Source: Auanema rhodensis
Taxonomy: Eukaryota; Animalia; Nematoda
Direction: 5' to 3'
NCBI GenBank assembly: GCA_964057225.1
Contig: OZ059896.1
Span: 18,104,001-18,168,000, forward strand
Length of the DNA: 64,000 nucleotides
The translations under genes were made by a program, and so were the position numbers. Of this stretch, positions 49,098-63,901 are shown in pieces (within the stretch, counting starts at the first letter, position 1; each line of letters opens with the position of its first letter). The notes under the pieces are model-generated. The model was not told the origin of the DNA. It did not search any database and worked only from the letters and a program-made list of their open reading frames with translations.

Positions 49098-52028
49098 TTA
49101 TATATTATCTATTACTCTTTATCTACTATTATAAAACAATGATGAAGTTTATTCATAATGTCAAATTATGATCTTTTTTCTTAATAAAGTGTTATGACGT
49201 CATATAATGACCCACCCAGAACAAAAAGATGAAAATGATACACAAAAAATGAAGAAAAAAAAACAAATAATTGCCAGAATCAAAAGACATCAATCATACT
49301 GAAATTCAAATAATATCCCTTTTCTCATCTTTTTTTCCCTGTCCATTCTTTTCCTTACTGGATTTTTCTCCACATTTTTAACTCTTCCTCTTGCTCTCTG
49401 CAGTTTTTTCTTCGCTCTTACTCGTCTTTCCTTTATCCTCTCATTTTCGCCTTTTTTTCTCTTCAGGCTCAATGTTTCAAAAGTCGAAAGGGCATTTGTC
49501 TCAGCTTTTAATTCGCTCGTGTTTCAGAGAGATCCGAGCGAAAGCACATGGCTGTGCCTGGAAGTGGCTGTTGCTGAAGCAGCACCACCACCGGACAGCT
49601 CAGCTTTTCACCAGTTCAACAGAGCTTTCATAGTTTCCTTGCTGAGCTTTAACACATACACATTGTTGAGAATAGACACAGGAAAAGTGCAATTGGAGAC
49701 ACCGACTCATAGGGCATAGTACGTGTAAGACGTGAATGGCACAACCAGGCTCAGGCTGGTGTCCTATCTATTCTACATTCCAGCCTCCTTCTAACCGTCC
49801 GCTACCCTCTTGCAGAGTATCAAAACCTGAAGGCTCTCTTTTGCGATTTCTCGTTCTCTGCCAAAACTTAAGAATTATTTTTCACAATTCTCTCCTTCCA
49901 AGTCTACGATCAACGCCCCGTTGATCATCACACTCTCTGCTCTGCTAAAGCTTTCATCTCAAGTTTGAACATCGACCTTACATAAATTTCCTTCAAAACT
50001 TTTCAATAAGATAATAGTCAAATAACTTCCGTAATTCTAGTAAAGAAACTCAAAATATTTGAATATATTCATGTTCAAAGTAATTGATGACGATGTTAAA
50101 ACAAACTATTTAATAGATTAAAGCATCACAAATGAAGTTCAAAATTAAATTTTTATGTTCATTAAGGAAAAATTATATAGTGAAACCTGATAACTCTTTT
50201 GGATTTCACTTCTCAAACAAAATTTTTTGTATTTTTTAATAAAAAAAGTCAAAGAAAATGAATATTTACGAGAACAAAACATGCTTAAACCGTGTTGTGT
50301 GCTGGAGATCAGGTATGAATCTGAAGCTTTGACCCGGATATTTGGGGATTAAAGCCGAAATACCTCAAATGCTATAAGAGTTGGATGATGATGAAAACAC
50401 GAAAATTGGAAAGGTCAATCCTATTCAAGCTTTCCTCCCACTCCTCACTTCCCTCGGTGTACGTTTAGATCCCTGATCACCATGAAATGTTTGCAAAACA
50501 TGAAAATATCTCACCAAGAGATATAGAGAGAAAGAGAGAGAGAAGGAGAGAAAAAATTACAGAGAGAAGAGAAAAAGAGCTATTAGAAGATGAATGTCCA
50601 GTTTTTCTAATTTCCCTCTCAATCTTAACTATGCTGTGCATATACCCATAGTTATCGCTTTTACTCTCTCTTAAAATGCATGTTAGTCCCTCTCTCTGTC
50701 ATAGTTTTTAATCTTCATATCTCCCTCTCTCTCTCCCTCTCTCTCTCTTTCTCTCTCTCTCTATCTATCTTTTTATAATATGTGTTGCCAGAGAGATTCC
50801 ATGTTTTTCTCTTGCCTGTCTGTGTTCCAGCACCGCTCTTGGTCGTGCTATGATGTGACAGTCAACAGCTTTCTCCACCCACATAAAGAGAGAAAGAGTG
50901 AAATGGAAGAGAAGACTTCACAGAGAGAAGGGAGGAGAGACTGAAGTCTGGTACTCTCTAGTCTTGTACAGCTTTCATTTTCGTTCATCTATTCTTTACT
51001 ATTTTTTTACTTTTTCTATCTCTTTCTCTGGTGCTCGTGTCAAAGAGTAGAAAATTACAAGAGAACCAGAGAAACTACAGGCTGAGATAAAATGAGAGAT
51101 AGTGTAGAACTGAGAGAGTTAAGAGAAAAAAAATATTGAGACCATTAGTTCTTCAGAATCTGACATATAGTTTACCTTTTCGCTCAACACCTAATTCAGC
51201 AGTACAAGGTAACTAGTTGATGACAACAATTCCCACAACCCCGTAGTGGACATTGAACAAGAAGAAGAAAGAAGACAAAACTGGAAAGAAAGAGAAAACT
51301 AAATAGGGAGGATATGTATAGATGGAAATAGAGAGAAAGAATGAGAGAATAACAGAGAGAGAGAGAGAGATAGAATTGAAAGGATGAGAAAAGATGTGTA
51401 GTTACAAGAACATAACAACAATAACACTGTCTTATTTCGAGAAAGATGAAAAGAACAGGACTTTGGACAGCAGCATGAAGCTGCTCTACAACACAACGAC
51501 AAGGTTATGTCCAGTATGAGAGAAAGTATAAACAAGAGATACATCGATAACCATGCTAGGACAAGCCGGAAAGAAAGTCACAACAGCTATGCAATCTGGA
51601 TCAAATGACTTTAAAAGCGACAAGACAACCAAAATCACTCGGTGACCATATAATTACGAGAGAAATCACATACATATGGAAGGAAAAAGACAAACAAAAA
51701 TTGAAAAATTACCACGAATGGTCAGTCAAACTAACAAGATAGTAAGCTAGATGATCGAGGAATGAACAGATGCAGGTTTGTACTTTGAAACTTATGCTGA
51801 GAATCGAGAAGAGGCTTGAAGCATTATTAGAAAAACGTGAAGATAGTAATCAAGAAGGTGAAAGTTGACCAGCATCACTTACGATGTCGAAAGTGATGAC
51901 GCCGACAGAAACATCATTGAAGAGAATTATGACGATGTTGATGAGAAGGATTAGTTAAAAAAGAGAAAACGATCGAATAGACAGTTATAGATATACATAT
52001 GAATATAGATAGAAGGAGAGATAGCTAA

Positions 52029-52059
<31 letters not shown>

Positions 52060-53872
52060 AGAGAGAGAAAGTTTGACGAAAAGGCCAAAAGAGATGGTAA
52101 ATGAACAACAAAAAACAGGAGAAATATGGTCAAAGCTTGATGGGGTTGCTAAAACTAGATGACAGCCAAGTAACCATAATCATAGAGCTTCTGTATTCCG
52201 AAATAACAACTAGCTTGCAGCTGACCAACTTGTCCCTCGCAAAGTCTATCCATCCTCTCACTTTTACTCTCTCATCTCATTATCTCGTTTTCACTCAAAT
52301 ATCATCTTTTACTTTTATTTTTCCGAGATTTTTCCTTTTCAAGAGAACATCTATCTAGTTTTACAGGTATAACAAGAAAAAGGAAAAACAACAGAAGATG
52401 ATGATGATGTTGTAGCATGAAACTTCAAGCTAGTATTGGTTAGCCAGTACAAGATCATTGGTGAAATGAAGTGAATATGTGTCATATAAGGATGATTGGA
52501 CTAGCTATGGCTATGCTTTCGTCTTCGCCTCCTTGTTTTTCCTTTCCCGAAAACACTTTCAATCTCAGGCGAACTTAGACGACAACATGTTGCTTAAACG
52601 ATTAAAGAAAACAAATTGTTTCTACTGAAGTTATGATGGTCATCTTAAGCATCTATAACCATGTGTATAGAATATTTTGAAAATATTATAATCATATATC
52701 ATATAGAATACCAAATATAGAATATTTACCTGAATATATGCACATAGTTTCAATACTATAATAGTATATTCAAAACTATGCTGTCTATATGTCTGTTCTA
52801 TCTATGTTTCAGATGATTTTTTTTTAATTTCTTCCTCTTGTTTTCATTCAAAATTCAACGAACACTGTGATGATGTCATAAGCATTGCATGATACTAGTT
52901 TGATCAACACAGCTTTTGTGACTTTGAATGAACAGCACGTGCACTATGTTGTTTGAGCTTTATGACTGAGCTTATATCATCAACAGAAGATTTATTTAAT
53001 ATATGTAATGAACAAATATGTTATTTCTGCATCTGATTCAATGGTCAATTGATAAGTATTATGATGTGTGGGGGGGGAGGTAAAATCAGATGAGTTAACG
53101 GTCTGACGGTGGAGGAAACAGGAGGGACCAAGTCAAAGTTCTTGACAACGAAACCGTATTTTCTCTCTTTCTCTTTCTCTGTCTCTCTTTCTCTCTCTCT
53201 TTCCCTCTCTCATACAACCACACAAACTTCTCCTTCCTTATATTGAACCTCTCTTTTTCATTTTTTTTTCGTTTTTCTATATGGAATGGACCATAGGAAG
53301 AAAGGTGACTAGCACAGATTGTCACCAATGGAACCAACCAAGAGACCGACAAGGTAATGGTCATATGATTATGAAAGAGAGAGAGAGAGAGAGTCATTAA
53401 GTATTTCAAGAGAATATGAATGTCCTAAGGGCATTTATCATTGAACTTTCCGTATGTTCCAAAGAAATACAAAGGAACAAAGCTGAATCTCTAAATCTTT
53501 CAATCTTTCCTCTTTCTATCCTTCTCTCTATCTCTCATGTAAAGGTGATGTATCACAGTGAAATATAAAAAGTTTAAAAATGAAATTATCTATTTGGAAA
53601 TTATAAACATTCACAGAAGTTATTTTTGAATCATCAAGTCATTTGACTTCAATTGGAATGATATCGGTAAAACGCTTTGAAATTCTTTTTAATCTCCCAT
53701 TTCTCTATCATTTTCAAAAATCTCTTATAATATAGAGAGGATTAAATTTATTTAGCGAAAAATGATCATAAATGAAAAGAAACCGTGACTTGATTTGTTG
53801 AAGAAAGTTTAAAAAACGAAAATTAGACATTAAAAAGAACGATTCTTGAAGTTTTAAAAGAGAGAAAAAAAT

Positions 53873-53873
<1 letters not shown>

Positions 53874-53942
<69 letters not shown>
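53874..53942. repeat. (GA)n microsatellite
   Basis: Long GA run. Others lie at ~44059-44100, 54419-54477 and 55042-55105, with many shorter ones between 43 and 62 kb. Confidence 0.95.
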
Positions 53943-53946
<4 letters not shown>

Positions 53947-54416
53947 CTATCTTTTTTTTTGCACAAAAAAAATAATAATGGAAATATAAGAAATGACCAT
54001 TCAATCTATCTACTTCTCCCCTTTTCTCTCTGTCTCTCTATCTTGTTGTGTGTTCCAGTCGTTCTAGTGCTGTTCCTCTGCCGGGTACTGGCTGGTACCC
54101 GCAACATGAGCGACGGCAGGCAGCACAGCAACACACAAGCTTTGGGCCTCATGAACATATAGAGAGAGAGAAAGAGAAAAAGAGAGAGAGAGAGCTATGA
54201 AACGAATGAGAAAAGATACAGAGGGAGATATGAATGTAGAAAAAGCTAAAGTAAAAGAAAAGTGGAGAGAAATAAGAAACAAAGAGAAATGGCTACTTGA
54301 AGGTTTATTTAAGAAGAAATCAACACAGCCCCTAAGGCATATTTCAAAGAAAAAAAAAGAAGAAAAAACATATTTAATCATTTCTCTTGGAAATCAAAAC
54401 CAAAAAAGGGATTGAC

Positions 54417-54482
<66 letters not shown>

Positions 54483-55039
54483 TTGTAAGCAAACTGAAAC
54501 AACGGCTGAGATAGTAAGTTGTTAGGTGAGAAAGTTTTTGAAAGGAAAAACTCTTGATGACCGGTTGCGCTTTTCAGCTAAGGCGGTTCAGCCGTTTTTC
54601 TTCTCGTTTTTTTTTTCTGTGCTGGTTTCTGTTTAGCAGGAAGGAAGTAGACCAAAAAACACGAGAAGAAGAGCATGAAGATCAAATACTTTGAAAAATT
54701 GAGTGACAGACGTATTTTTAGAGTTTTTCATGATTTTATGCCTCAAATGGATAAGCAGGGCATTTTGATTTCAAAAATGTCTAAAAGATGACAAATTAGA
54801 AGCCTGTGAAAGAGAATAAAATGCAAAGAATTAGAGAAGAGAAGAGAAAAAAGGAAGTGAAGAAAAGAGATGAATAAAGACTCGAAAAAAAAATTCATGA
54901 CGATTAGATTTCATGGTGGCAAAAAGCTTGGGCAAAAAGCGAAAGCTTGACCGTTGATTTCCGAGATGGTGTGATGAAAAAAATAACGATGTTGTTAAAG
55001 GACATATATCTGAAGTAGAACATGCATATGAAGAGATAA

Positions 55040-55085
<46 letters not shown>

Positions 55086-58000
55086 GGAGAGAGAGAGAGA
55101 GAGAGACTTCAATATTTAATAAATTTGAATCATCATAAACATTAATTTATTAATTTCTTTCTCATAATTAGAAAAAAATGACCAAAGTTATTTATGTAAA
55201 TGAAAAAAATTGCAATATTTATGTTTTTTTTTTAAATAAAGATAATAATATTTTTATACGAAAAATATAAATAAAGTAAAAGTATAAAGAGGACCATGGA
55301 CAGAGAGAGAGTGACGAGAGAGGGCAGTAAATCATCGAAAGGTTTTCCCATAATCGGCAAATCGCAAACAACAAACTGGAGGCAGCCGGTGCTATGCTGT
55401 GATCTAGGTGCTGTCTAGGGGCAAAGTAAAAACAAAACATTACAGCTTCTGATACTGATGATGACGATGTTGTTGATGATGATGATGATGATGGGTAGGA
55501 GGAAAAAGTAGGAGGATGTAGATTTGAATTCAGATGACGTGATGGGGGATCAAAAGATTACTCATCAAGATAAGAAGGTAAGAGAATAAGTGAGCAATGC
55601 AAACGGTGTGCTTAGGTATCAAGGAAAAGCACTAGCATGCTCGTAAACTTATAGTGAACTGACTGTAAGATAGGTAGATTGAGAGAGGGAGGAGGGAGAG
55701 AGACAAGGTTGCGATTATGCTTTTGGTCATTCAAAACTTGGAATCGTAAAGAAAAAACAAATGACAAACTGACCACTTATTCTGGAAGAGAGCCATAAGA
55801 CACTCTTTCTTCATTTTTTCTCTGTTTCTCTCGTTTTCTTTGTCTCCCTGTATCACTCACTCACTCATTTCTCTTTCTGCTCTCGCTTTTCATGTTGTCC
55901 TCTATGGGCGGCGCTCAGGTATTTTCCAGTGGGGTGGTCTGGAACATATCGTCGATCAGAATACAGGATTCTAGATCTCATACAAGGCTTGTCGTCCAAC
56001 AAGATGAAAGAAAGAGAACGAGGATGAGGAGATGGAGGAGAGGAGAACGAACATTAGCAATGACAAAACAAAGTTTTTTTCACTATGAAAAATGGACAGA
56101 TCGCAATGACATGAAGATCAGCGAATATTCTTGTCATGGTGAATAAAAAGATTTTTTTGTTGAGGCTTTTCGTAGAAACGTTTACGTCAACACAACGTAA
56201 ATACATACACAAGCATCATTTTCAATCAAAAAGACATCATGAAGCTGTTGATTGTGTGAACTATTCATATATTACTTTCTTAAATTATAACATATAATAT
56301 ATAAAAAATTGTAATTTTATCTTAAAAATAACAATACATTAATGAAATATAAAAGATGAAAATGAGAAAAAACAGATGAGGAATTGGTTGCAGAGGTAAG
56401 AACGAAATATATTCGAGCAGCTTTGTCTTTAAATTTTTGGTCTTTTCCTCTTACTCTTTTTCAGTTCCTTCTTCTTTCTTTCTCTTTTGTCACCTTTACT
56501 CTTTGCTGAATATTTCTATCTCTCTCTCTGAGTCTCTTTCCTATGCTCTCGTTCTGATACTCTCATTATCTTATTTCTAGTTGAACATCATTGTCATCAT
56601 CGGCTCAGTTGCTAGTTTGACTGTTTGTATGTATGTAGATGTGTATGTATCCCTTCAATCTCTCCTTCTCTCTTTCTCTTTCTCTCTTTTTTTTTCCTAA
56701 TTTTTCTATTTTTCATTCTCAACTTCTTTTTTTTTCTTTCTGCTTCTCGTATGACTGGGAATGTCCCTCCTCAGCTTGCACCACTCTGAACATACTAAGC
56801 TAGATACAATGCAGTGGTCAGAGACAACAGACAGCAGCACATGCGTCAGACAAGCCAAACGGAAGATGGGGCTAGTTGGTACAGCCTGATACTCGGCCCC
56901 TGCCTGGTGCAGGGTTCTCCCCAGCTCCGCCTACTGCTTCCCAGACAAGACATAGAGATATGAAAAAATGAAAAAATAGAGTAAAGAACTAGGAGAGTTC
57001 AGAGAAACTGGGAGGCTCGATGTGTTAGTGATGTTGCTTGTATATGCTTGCTTGGCGATTGTTCAGAGCTGCCGATGTTGATATGTTGAATGCTTTTTTC
57101 TCTAAATCTCTTTGTATTGTCATCTTTTCATTCTTTCTCTCTAACTATTTCATTCTGTGTATATCTATCATGAAAAAGTAAACGTTAGAAAGAAAGTGGA
57201 CGACCAAAGAATACAGCAGAAAAATTTTGAATAGAAAAGTTAAAATTCAAAAAAAAAACGAAAGTTTTGAAAAATCAAACTTTTTTTAAGTTTAATTTGT
57301 AAATAAAATACGATAGGACAAGAGGTTATCTATATACACGTAGTATATAGTATAAACGTATCATAATACATACAACAAACCCATAAACGGAAGTATGATC
57401 ATGGTAATATACATTCAATTTTCATTGTCTTGTCATCCTACTATTGAAGTGCTGGTCAGTGCTGTTTGGTCAAATCAAAGTATAAGAGCTTGGATTGTTG
57501 TTATGGTTTTCCTCAATCCAGCTCTTTCCTATACATGTATATATATATATACATTCATATATATATATATATATATATATAAGAAGGAAAATCAAGAATC
57601 GCCCGAAATGATTCAATCAACTAACAAGCTGGCTGCCAATTATCTGTTTAAGGAAGATTTCGAGACATATACAAGAACTGAAACTCTGGTATTTTCTTTC
57701 ACTATTACTTAAATAACTTGTTTAAAGCCTTGTACACAAAATACAGATTATAAGAGGGAGAAATGGAAATAGAAAGAGAGAGGGAAAGAGAGCGAAATGG
57801 AATGTTTAGCTTCTCTAGGAGAAGATGGGGTAGTAATGGTAGTTAGAGATGAATAAAATCCTTTTTCTTCTATAGCATTACTCTCATCCTGATTTGTTTC
57901 TTTCATGTTTAGAAGAAGAAATAAGAAATAGATAAGTTATGGATATCAACCAGTGTTATGAATGAAGGAAAAGCTGGACGTAAATGTGAAAAAGAGTGAA

Positions 58001-61000
58001 TAAGATAGTTTGAGAGAAAAGACTGACTATATGTCTTACCATATGTAATAAAAGTTTGCAATTTACATATAATTAACTAAATTTTGACAAAAAAACAAAT
58101 TGATTGGATTCGAATTGGATTCGAATTTTATGAAAAAATCTTTCATAACCAACATTTTTAGTTTCCCAAATAGCTCAATATCATTGGAAAATGAATCATA
58201 CATCTAGTGAGAGAGTGTGTAGGTACAATAGACATCAGACAACAAAACATGGAAATGATGAGTATAGTGAAGAGAATCAGACAAAATTGGTCAGAAGAAA
58301 GATGTTCAAAACGGATGTAAGCCATAAATGACCTTTGTTCGTGCATAGAAAAGTTGTAACAAATCACTTGTTCAGAATATATATCCAGTAATACTTAAAA
58401 TTACTTATTTGTAAAAAATGTTGATCTTTAACTTTTAGAAAAAAAAATTTCGAAAGAAGGGAAATAATTTTAAGAAGACTTTCAAAGCTTAGAAAAGATA
58501 TATTATAATAAATATATAGATATATTATAGTATAATTATACATAATACATAATATAATAATTCCAAAAAAAAAAAAAAAAAGTTTCACAAATTTAAGAAA
58601 AAGAAATATCAAGTTTTATGAAGATTTTTATCTAAAAATGGTAAAATGAAGAAGATTGATTCCAGATTTTTAAGAATATTATATGAATAACTTCATTAAT
58701 AATATTATTTTTTTAAAACATAAAAGAAAGAATTTGTCATATGAAGAAGAATTCAACAACAAGTATTTACATATCTTTGCTTAATCTTTTCTTTTTTTTT
58801 TGAATTTTGTTTATCTGTTTGTTTATCCTCTCTAACTCTCAATGTTAAATCTAGGTTTTATGTCTGTAATATATTATATATTGTTTTCTATTTATATATT
58901 ATATATATATATATATTATAATATATATAATATACTATGTGCCATAGTAATAGTTAGTACCAAGTGGTACTACCCCCCCCCCACAAATGTTTTTTCCCTG
59001 AACTTTTTCGTTTAAAATCTCATTTGATAATTTTTTTAATTTTTGTTTTTTATATATATATATATATATATTCTTAGGCATATATAGTAGAAATATTATT
59101 TGTTTTCATAATTATATTTCATTAAAATTATTTAAATAATAGCTTTGTGAAAATGAAATTATAATTAAAGGTTGGTAAAGGTTTTTGAAATATATTAAAG
59201 GTATATTGATAGAGAAGATACATAGATTAAATATTAAAAATAAATAGAATGATAGAAAGAAATATTTCAAGAAAATACGAAACTATTAAATGAATGGAAG
59301 AAACATTAGAAAATATCTTAGGAATAAATGATTTTTTCCTTTTTTTTTGGAAAAAATTTCCGATGTTCTTTGATTTTGGAAATTCAATGATTGCTGTTTC
59401 ATTCAGTGGCAGTAATTTTGATAAGTGAAAGAGATGAAGTAAGCAACTTTCTTGTCCTTTGATTATAAAAGAAAATAAATTGGAAAACAATCCATAATGG
59501 GTGAAAGTTAACAAATAATTCATAAGGTTGATACAATGATAAAACAAGAAAAACTGTTGAGACGTGATAACAATAGAAAAAGTATTTTCGAGAAATAGTG
59601 ATGAATAAGTATATTAAAGTAAAACGAAATGATATTAGAAAACACAATAGAATACTACTGACCACTAAATACATAGTTAATTACTAATTTTAACTTTTAA
59701 CTTAGAAATTATCATTTGTATCTCATTTATTTCCAGCATAGAGCAGATCAGATCTGTAGCGAGATGTGTATGTTTCAAAGGAAAAATAAGAATGAGGGAG
59801 ACAAAGGTGACAGAGTGAAAGAGAATAGAGAAAGAAGTTTTCAGATGCGCAGCTATATGCATATCAACAGAAATGCTTGAATTCATTCTGTTTCTGAATC
59901 ATATGAGTCATGTTCGTGTTATGTTCTACTTATTCAGAAAATTACGTATACTACAGGCATTTTTCCATTGTTTTCTTTTAGTTTGACAGACGGTATGGGA
60001 TAGTATGAAAGAAGGAGAGAGAAAACAAGTAAGAAAGAGAAAAGGATGCATGTAAAAAGATTGATTTTGAATTTTTTTTTTTGATTTTATTAATTTTTAA
60101 ATATTATTTATAAGATATTCTTCTTTGGATATTTATAAAATAAATATATTTTTAATTTATAAGTTTTTCATTTTTGAGTTCAATTGAAACACTTGCTTAT
60201 GAGAAAAGTTTCTTTTTTTTGAAACATTATGAGAAGTTGATCTATTTACTCAAAAAGCAGATAAGAACTACCGTAGATGGTTTGAAAATAAGAAAATGAG
60301 TTTTGAAAGAGAAAATTCCTTATAAATCAAAGGCTAGACGTTCTGAGAAAAAAAAGTTCAGAGATACTTATATGAAAAGAGCAAATAATTTGAAAACTTC
60401 ACAAGTAGGGATTAGATGAATGTGAATTTTTGAATTTGATTGAATATTATAACAAAAACTAAATGAAACTGAAAGGAACGAACAAATGAAGAAGAAGAAG
60501 AAGATCGTTTGTGGACATGAAGAATGAAAAAGTGAAACAATGTTGGAGAAAAGAAGTTTTGTGTTGTGAAAGTAACGAGAAAGCAGAGAGAAGAATAACA
60601 AGAAGCAGCTTTCGGACGGTCGTAAGTGAGATCTAACTGTCGAAGAGACAGGATCTTGATTGACCAGCTTGAGAGGCGAAGACGAGGGAGGACTATAGGG
60701 ATTACGTGATTATGGAAAACATGAAGAGAAAAGGAGAAAGTGGAGAGATCGAAAGTAGTAAGATGATGAAGAAGCAGTATAAGAAGAAAAAAGAAGAATA
60801 TGATGATGATCATGTAGTAGAAGAATACAGAAGATAACGACAACGATGACGACGGCGACGTTCACAGAAGATGACGACGATTGAAAACTTCATGGAGAAT
60901 ACAGGATAATGGTCTATAGCAATAGCAGTAATGGTTATAATAAGATTTGAAGAAAGAAAAAGAAAAAAGAGAATTGGAAAGATACATTGGAATGATGAAC

Positions 61001-63093
61001 CGTACAAGAAGAACATGATGTCAAATAATATGATTTTTCATTCAAAATATAAAAGATAAAACTTTGACAATATTTTTAAACTAATTTTCAAAATAAAACT
61101 ATGATTTTAAAGTTTTTTCTTTCAAAGTTTCAAATTAGATACGAAAAAGGGATTTAGATTAATATCAAAAGAAACAAAAACAACTGAGCTCAATTGAGTA
61201 GAAAAGACAAGTTTAAGGAGATTTGGAAACTTAAAAAAAACGTCGGCTAATTCTTTTCAACTATAAGCTTTGACAGTTCAACTGTGAAAAAAACCGCTCG
61301 TCGCCGGTCTCCCTGTCATTCGGCTACTCTCATTCTCTTTTACGTTCTATCTGTCTCTCCCTCTCCTTTCTCTCTCTCCCTCTCACTCCTCTCCTTCTTT
61401 CTTTCCCTCTCTGCCACTGGTATTCCCGCTCTCTCTATCTTTCAATTCATCTCCCTCTATCTCTTTCTATCTTGCTTCTTCGCTGCTTTTTTATATTTCA
61501 TTAGATACAACAATAACAACAACATGAAGTGGACAATCGTCTCGGGACAAGAACAGAAAGTGACAGGCTGTATTCAATGAAAGTTTCATCACAATCTATT
61601 TTCAATTTTTGTTGTCTTTCTTGTATGAAAATCTTTTTTTGGTTAAAAAGGATAGCTAAAGTACATTGACGATTTTTTTCAAGAAAAATAATTGTAGAAG
61701 TTAGTGGAAAACTAGTAGTAGGTCAAGTTTAATATTTAACTTGTCGTCAACAATCAAATAATAGATAGAAAAGTATTGAATAGACGATTTGAATAAATTA
61801 AAAGCTGAACTTAATATATAAATTGAAATGATTCTCTCTTATCCTTTACTTATTGAAATTCAAAGAAACAAAAAAAAGTTATATACATATGAGTATCCTG
61901 TTTGATGACATACGATGACTATCAGCCAGATTTATACATATAAAGTTACCTTTTGTTAAATAACTATTAGAATAAGAAGAGAAAAAAACAAAATATGAAA
62001 TGGATAAAAGAAATACAAAAGACAGACCGACGAATGTGAATGGTCATTCATTTGACTAGGCCTAGTGGTCTGGAAGAGATGAACCGAAAGAAATACAAGA
62101 CGAGATACCTCAACAAGCTGTGAAAACAAGATGAAATATTACGAAGCAATGAAAAAATTAAGAAATCAAAGAGAAGAACTGTCTATGAGGGGTTGTAAGA
62201 AGAAAAATGAAAAATTCTGGAACTATTGATGAACTCATTGCCACTAAATGCACTACAAGCAAGAGAAGAAGAGACAACACACAACAGATACACACGGACA
62301 CAGACTCCTTGATGATGCTGTTGCTTGTGATGATGATGGTGATGACGATGATGATGACGGTGCGCATATAACATGCCCTTAATAGGTAAAAGCACAAAAC
62401 ACTTTCGACCAATGTCCTCCTGCGTTTTCTGTATGTCCTGTATTCTGTCTTCTCTCTTAACCTCCTACTATTACTCTTCATTTCTTTTCTGTCACTTTTT
62501 GAATAGCGTAACTTACATTTCGAAAAACAAAAACAGAAACAAACGGCGAATGTGTCTCTTCTTTCTCTTCTTCTTCTCCGTGGTTGTCGCTTTGACGATA
62601 TACAAGGCCAGCCCAAAACAGGAACCAAGTGTTGTGTTAATTACCAAGAATCCAATGACCGCTTGCCATCTCGAACTAAAACTTTTTCTTGTCATTTTTC
62701 TTTTTCTTGAGACTGCTTTTCTTCAAAACATTCTTAATACTTATATGACATATTCATAGAAAACACAAACACAAGAAACATAAGTAGCCATCAAGGAACT
62801 ACGAAACAACATTAAAAGTGTCTATAAGGGCATTATAATTGATGACTTGGAATTCAAAAACGTATACTTATACTATTCATCCAATCATTTTTTCTGTATA
62901 TATGTTGTTAAAAATGTAATTTCCTTATAATATTTATAGAAAAAACGATTATAAACTACATACAACATCATAGCCCGTTCTCACTGATTTCTTTTACATT
63001 TAGTATCTACAATTGCAAAGAGATCTTACTCTTCACCGGTAAATACAAGCCAACTTTTGAATTTCAGACAATTTAGTAGGTTTGGTAAGAAAA

Positions 63094-63901
63094 TTATTTT
63101 ACAACCAAGTTAGGATGTTCGTTCATAATCAACTCCGAGACCCTGTTTATCTGCTGGCAAAGACCCAAAATCTGTTCGTCCCACTGTCGCAAAGAGTCAC
63201 ACTCTACAAGAAAGGAATTGGAAAAACAAATAATAAGAAAATATTACTAGCGAAATGTAAAAATCCCTCAATTTGATCAATACTACCAGGTAGTCGATTA
63301 GTTGAAATCATCTGAACAGCGATTTCTTCAGCCTGTAAGCTACATTTGAAGAAAACATAGACAATTCTTAGAACGTACTCTTTCTGGAGTGATTCCTAAT
63401 AATTCACCAAGTGTGGTCATTGATATGTTTAGATATAGACGGGAAACAGCAGACATATTATGCTCCAGAATTACTTTACGAACAATAGAATCACCTTTTT
63501 CATCTTCAAGTTGGTGAGATGCAAGGCTTCTTTCTAATTCTTCTAACTAAATAATAAAAACGTACAAATGAATATACTTGTTACAGTTTACCTCTACATT
63601 TTTGATCAATCGGTCCAGAAATAATTTTCTCAGCAATTCAAATTGGGGAAGAGCAGCAGAACGTTCATCTTTATACAAAGTGCTTAGCATACGTGTTCTT
63701 TGAGCACCTCAAGTTCAATAATAAAAAACATCAATAATAATAATAAATACCTGGACTTGCAAGTATTGTGCAAGTGATTGCCTTTCCTAGAGACTCAATA
63801 CAGTCACTTGTACCAATAGAAGTAATTAGGGAACACTCAAAGTAACGTTGAGCGGCTTCAACAAACTTTCTCTTCATATCTAACAATTGCGCATAGATGA
63901 C
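63094..63901 (-). CDS. csn-4: COP9 signalosome subunit 4, 3' part (5' exons beyond the window)
   Basis: YAQLLDMKRKFVEAAQRY...CTILASPGAQRTRMLSTLYKDER...EHNMSAVSRLYLNI...LGELLGI...AEEIAVQMI..RL.GSIDQIEG...QWDEQI..LC.QIN, the PCI-domain pattern of COPS4. Confidence 0.9.

Noticed and set aside
45970-61730. Scattered AGGTCA nuclear-receptor half-sites
   Set aside because: The handful seen is about what chance predicts for 20 kb of this composition.
62022-62073. Possible miR-44/279-like hairpin (TGACTAGG...)
   Set aside because: Only two 6-bp helices with an unpaired middle, too weak for a pre-miRNA.
62183-62395. His-rich ORF (HRHHHRHHHHHHKQQHHQ)
   Set aside because: Explained by a (CAT/GAT)n simple repeat, with no supporting exon structure.
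43152-62759. Numerous 60-150 aa ORFs rich in SL/ER/F/K
   Set aside because: They are translations of (GA)n, poly-A/T and other low-complexity tracts, with no domain motifs or consistent splicing.
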